NCBI GenBank assembly: GCA_963823335.1
Contig: CAWGLD010000005.1
Coordinates: 64,001-128,000, forward strand
Origin: an uncultured delta proteobacterium
Lineage (GTDB): Bacteria; Desulfobacterota; Desulfobacteria; Desulfobacterales; B30-G6
Reading direction: 5' to 3'
Length of the DNA: 64,000 bases
Below, piece by piece: positions 60,684 to 64,000 of this stretch. Below the pieces are notes generated by a model. It saw only the letters and a list, made by a program, of their open reading frames with translations. It ran no database searches and was not told where the DNA came from. Numbering within the stretch: the stretch's first letter is position 1; every line of letters begins with the position of its first letter. Both the position numbers and the translations under genes were made by a program.

Positions 60684-61304
60684 GTGAACATACCGACACA
60701 AAAAGAATGCTACGACCTTATCCAGGAGATGGGCATGATGGATCATATTGTGGACCACTCCGAGCAGGTGTGCCGTGTGGCAGTTTGTCTGGCAGAAAAG
60801 CTGTGCCATGAAGGAAGCGACCTGAATATAGAACTGATACGGGCTTCTGCGCTGCTGCATGACATTACCAAAACGAGAAGTTTTGAAACACGCGAAAATC
60901 ATGCCGAGACCGGAGGTAGATTTCTGCAGGAAAGGGGATTCAATGAGGTAGGGCATATCATCGCGCAGCATGTCAAGTTGGATACCTATGTCGCTTCCGG
61001 CAGCCCCGTTGAAGCGGAGATCGTCAATTATGCAGACAAGCGTGTGCTGCATGACCAGATCGTTCTCCTGACGGATCGTTTGGCGTATATCCTTGAGAGG
61101 TATGGGGACGGTATGGAAAGCCGTGAGAGGATCATGGGGTTGTGGGGTAAATCAAAAGAGTTGGAAAAGAAAATTTTCAGTTGCCTGCCGTTTATTCCTG
61201 AGGCGTTGAAGCGTGTGGTTGGGACACACCCAGGGGCCAAGGGGTCGAGAAAACCAGGTTCGAGGGTGATACCAGGGGTGGTAAGAGGGTCAGAGGGTGG
61301 CTGA
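60684..61304 (+). CDS. HD (HDIG) domain protein
   Basis: HI..HS..V, ALLHDI.K, HA..G, V.YADKRV. Confidence 0.88.
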   Translation: MNIPTQKECYDLIQEMGMMDHIVDHSEQVCRVAVCLAEKLCHEGSDLNIELIRASALLHDITKTRSFETRENHAETGGRFLQERGFNEVGHIIAQHVKLDTYVASGSPVEAEIVNYADKRVLHDQIVLLTDRLAYILERYGDGMESRERIMGLWGKSKELEKKIFSCLPFIPEALKRVVGTHPGAKGSRKPGSRVIPGVVRGSEGG

Positions 61305-61388
61305 CGGCGTAGTGCGAAAGGCACCTAACGGTCTACAGTCTGAACCGCTAAAAGGCGGACCAGGGTTCGAGGGGAAGATCCGCCATCA

Positions 61389-61838
61389 TCAGGCAAATTC
61401 AATGTGCCAAGATTTCTGATTATCTGAAACAACGGTATATTTTTTTATGAAATAAGATAATTGTAATTTATGGTAATCAGATAACTTCCCGAATTTGATT
61501 CCACATCTTCGAACAAAAGTACCATCTTGCAGATATTTAACTTTGCGATCGGAAATAATTTTGCATGGAATATCATTGATCGAAATAGTGTTATCAGCGG
61601 TGACAATAGACATCTTGTCAAAGTTTCCGAACCAAGCCGTAGCTGTTGAATATTCAGCTCTAATACCGGTGAGGCTTATATCGACAATGGTTCCCGAATA
61701 AACGGTGCGATGTTTAAAAAGACCAAATGCGAATGATTTTCTAAATAGAACTGAGGCTTCCGTTTTAACGGCGTAACGTTCCTCTTTTCTTTGCACACTG
61801 CCACTATCAGTAAGTTTCGATGATTTATTTTTAATCAT
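61389..61838 (-). CDS. PilZ domain protein
   Basis: RKEER and DISLTG c-di-GMP motifs, RCGIKF. Confidence 0.85.
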   Translation of the reverse strand: MIKNKSSKLTDSGSVQRKEERYAVKTEASVLFRKSFAFGLFKHRTVYSGTIVDISLTGIRAEYSTATAWFGNFDKMSIVTADNTISINDIPCKIISDRKVKYLQDGTFVRRCGIKFGKLSDYHKLQLSYFIKKYTVVSDNQKSWHIEFA

Positions 61839-61866
61839 GGCTAAAAACTGGATTCGTATTGCAAGC

Positions 61867-61938
61867 TGAACCGAAAAAGCGAGCGCACTCCCCGTAGGTT
61901 TTGCCTTGCGGCAGTGTTTCGCATGCTGCGAGGTTCTT
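61867..61938. repeat. REP-like palindromic element (copy)
   Basis: TGAACCGAAAAAGCGAGCGCACTCCCCGTAGGTTTTGCCTTGCGGCAGTGTTTCGCATGCTGCGAGGTTCTT. Confidence 0.75.
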
Positions 61939-62245
61939 CAATCTGAAATTCAGGTGAGTTCGAGATGACTGAGATAAAGATCTGCTTCAGGTTGCCTGAA
62001 AGAGTAGGTTCGAATTGTAATTCAGATTGCTGTCAGATATCATATTGGAATAGAAGAAAAAAAATCAAGGCTTTTCTCAGTGTCGGCACAAAAAAAAGTA
62101 GATAGAGCCAACCATACAAATATCAATATTGCAAAATACATTTCCGTTCAATGACACATCGAGATTCTTCGCGTCACTCTCGTCTTGATGCCTTTTGGGA
62201 AACGTCACATACTGAGCAGTGTGCCTGGAGGTAGAATAGATACCC

Positions 62246-63274
62246 ATGAAAGCCATGATCCTGGAAAATATCGTCAGCATGCTAGAAAATAGAGCCCCCC
62301 TGACATTGGTTGAAATGAAACCTCCTGTTCCTCATGGCGATGACCTGCTGGTGAAGGTTTCTGCGTGTGGTGTCTGTCATACCGAACTGGATGAAATAGA
62401 GGGGCGGACACCACCACCGACGCTACCTGTGATACCCGGTCACCAGGTTGTGGGGCAGGTTTACGAGCTGGGTCCTGATGCCCATCGATACAAGCCGGGT
62501 GACCGGGTCGGGGTAGCCTGGATCTTTTGGGCCTGTGGTGTCTGTCGCTTTTGCAGGGAAGGGAACGAGAATCTGTGTCAAAACTTTCAGGCAACCGGAA
62601 GGGACGCTCATGGTGGATATGCTGAATACATGACCGTTTCGGAGAGATTTGTTTACAGGCTTCCGGATTTTTTCTCAGACAAGGAGGCTGCTCCTCTTTT
62701 GTGTGCAGGTGCCATTGGATACCGATCGTTGCAGCTGACGCATCTTGTCAACGGTCAGTGCCTTGGTTTGACCGGATTCGGTGCATCAGCCCATCTTGTA
62801 ATGCAGCTGGCATCTCATCTTTATCCGGATACCGCCATCTATGTTTTTGCACGAAGTGAAAACGAACAGGTCTTTGCCAGGGAACTGGGGGCTGTCTGGG
62901 CAGGAAACACCCATGATACAGCGCCTGTGAAGCTGGATGCCATCATCGATACGACTCCGGCCTGGAAACCTGTGGTGGAAGCGTTAGGCAATCTTGCAGC
63001 CGGGGGCCGTTTGGTGATCAACGCCATCCGCAAGGAGGGTTTTGATCAGGAGTACCTTCTCAAGATGGATTACCCCTCTCACCTGTGGCTCGAAAAGGAG
63101 ATCAAGAGTGTTGCCAATGTGACGCGCCAGGATGTTGAAGCCTTTCTGGCGCTGGCTGCTGACATGCGCATCAGACCCGAGGTCCAGGGATATGCCTTGG
63201 CAGATGCCAACCAGGCCTTACTGGAGCTGAAAGAACGAAAGATCCGCGGGGCCAAGGTGCTGGTGGTGGAATGA
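62246..63274 (+). CDS. zinc-dependent alcohol dehydrogenase family protein
   Basis: CGVCHTE, PGHQVVG, CGVC.FC..G.ENLC, APLLCAG, GFGASA. Confidence 0.93.
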   Translation: MKAMILENIVSMLENRAPLTLVEMKPPVPHGDDLLVKVSACGVCHTELDEIEGRTPPPTLPVIPGHQVVGQVYELGPDAHRYKPGDRVGVAWIFWACGVCRFCREGNENLCQNFQATGRDAHGGYAEYMTVSERFVYRLPDFFSDKEAAPLLCAGAIGYRSLQLTHLVNGQCLGLTGFGASAHLVMQLASHLYPDTAIYVFARSENEQVFARELGAVWAGNTHDTAPVKLDAIIDTTPAWKPVVEALGNLAAGGRLVINAIRKEGFDQEYLLKMDYPSHLWLEKEIKSVANVTRQDVEAFLALAADMRIRPEVQGYALADANQALLELKERKIRGAKVLVVE

Positions 63275-63505
63275 AGGGTGTAAGGGGTGGAGGGTTGGAG
63301 GGGACAGAAGGGTGTAAGGGGTGGAGGTTTGAAGGGGGCGGCATCCAGGTGCAAGCACTTAGGCATAGGGTTTCAGGCTGAAATGTCTTGTGCCGAATCC
63401 GAGCAGTTCGTGAAAATTGCAGGTTAGATCTGAAACTACTATACGGTATACTCCCCCTCCAACCCTCCGACCCTCCAACCCTCCAACCCTCAATCCCTCC
63501 AACCC
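63275..63505. repeat. G-rich/C-rich 8-nt tandem repeat arms (AGGGTTGG / CCAACCCT) between convergent genes
   Basis: 63275-63338 G-rich arm; 63452-63505 CTCCAACC repeats are its complement. Confidence 0.7.
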
Positions 63506-63570
63506 TTTTTAATTTCATCAATGATCCAGTGGGTTAATGACCACTATAGCTATAACCGCTGCCGTCACTT

Positions 63571-63999
63571 CTACAAAAGCCCCCTCTTCTGGGCCATAAG
63601 GAACATCTGCTCTGCCGTATTTACGGGCGGTAATCGTAGTGTGCCCTCGGGTTTTGCTATCAGCTTTATGGCTTCAACCGGGCAGGTTGTCACACACAGA
63701 CCACAACCAATGCACCGATCCGGTATCACCTGGGCCAGTTCATCGTCGTTCATGAAGATGGCCGTCATCTGGCAGCGCTCCAGGCACTGTTCACACCCCG
63801 TGCATTCATCGCTATCAACTCTTGCCAGGTGATTAGAAAAAACCATCTCAGCCGGTTTGGGATGTTTGTTCAAGGCCTTGAGCACTCCACAACAATCGCC
63901 GCAGCAGTTACACATGCCGGAAGGGTTTTGAGAGGTGGCAGGCTGGGTGACCAGACCGGCATCCCGGCAGTTTTCCAGGATGGTGGTGGCTTCCTCGAG
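63571..63999 (-). CDS. 4Fe-4S binding protein, C-terminal part (partial; same family as 26102-27187)
   Basis: Frame open to the window edge; MCNCCGDCC, CTGCEQC...C, CIGCGLC...CP. Confidence 0.88.
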   Translation of the reverse strand, partial: LEEATTILENCRDAGLVTQPATSQNPSGMCNCCGDCCGVLKALNKHPKPAEMVFSNHLARVDSDECTGCEQCLERCQMTAIFMNDDELAQVIPDRCIGCGLCVTTCPVEAIKLIAKPEGTLRLPPVNTAEQMFLMAQKRGLL

Positions 64000-64000
64000 A

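Overview
Bacterial chromosomal window, most consistent with a sulfate-reducer-like Desulfobacterota genome (inferred from gene content, not from a search). 1-25.2 kb is mostly housekeeping: the 3' end of gyrA, gpsA, radC, pgk, glpK, cinA, the def-fmt-rsmB-PASTA-rpe operon and ribF, plus signalling and hydrolase genes. It also holds two small Cys-rich ORFs missing from the ORF track and two genes, fmt among them, that appear to start at ATC. A tRNA-Leu(CAG) at 25245-25331 anchors a ~10 kb degenerate integrated island. Its 24-bp att core is repeated at 35370-35393, and a truncated DUF6538-type integrase start follows both att copies. Inside the island, same-strand cargo genes are separated by three copies of a conserved ~130-170 bp promoter-like module and by attC-like hairpins. 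An ORF-less group II intron (27396-28064) sits precisely in one module copy; its EBS1 pairs with the flanking exon, and another copy carries the empty target. This is the strongest candidate for an undescribed system. 37.8-46.4 kb holds a choline/ethanolamine kinase-like gene, GlcG, TRAP, Usp, MoaD and AOR cluster. The rest encodes transporters (MFS, a MacAB-like ABC system, EamA) and assorted enzymes, and is interspersed with several families of small palindromic or MITE-like repeats.
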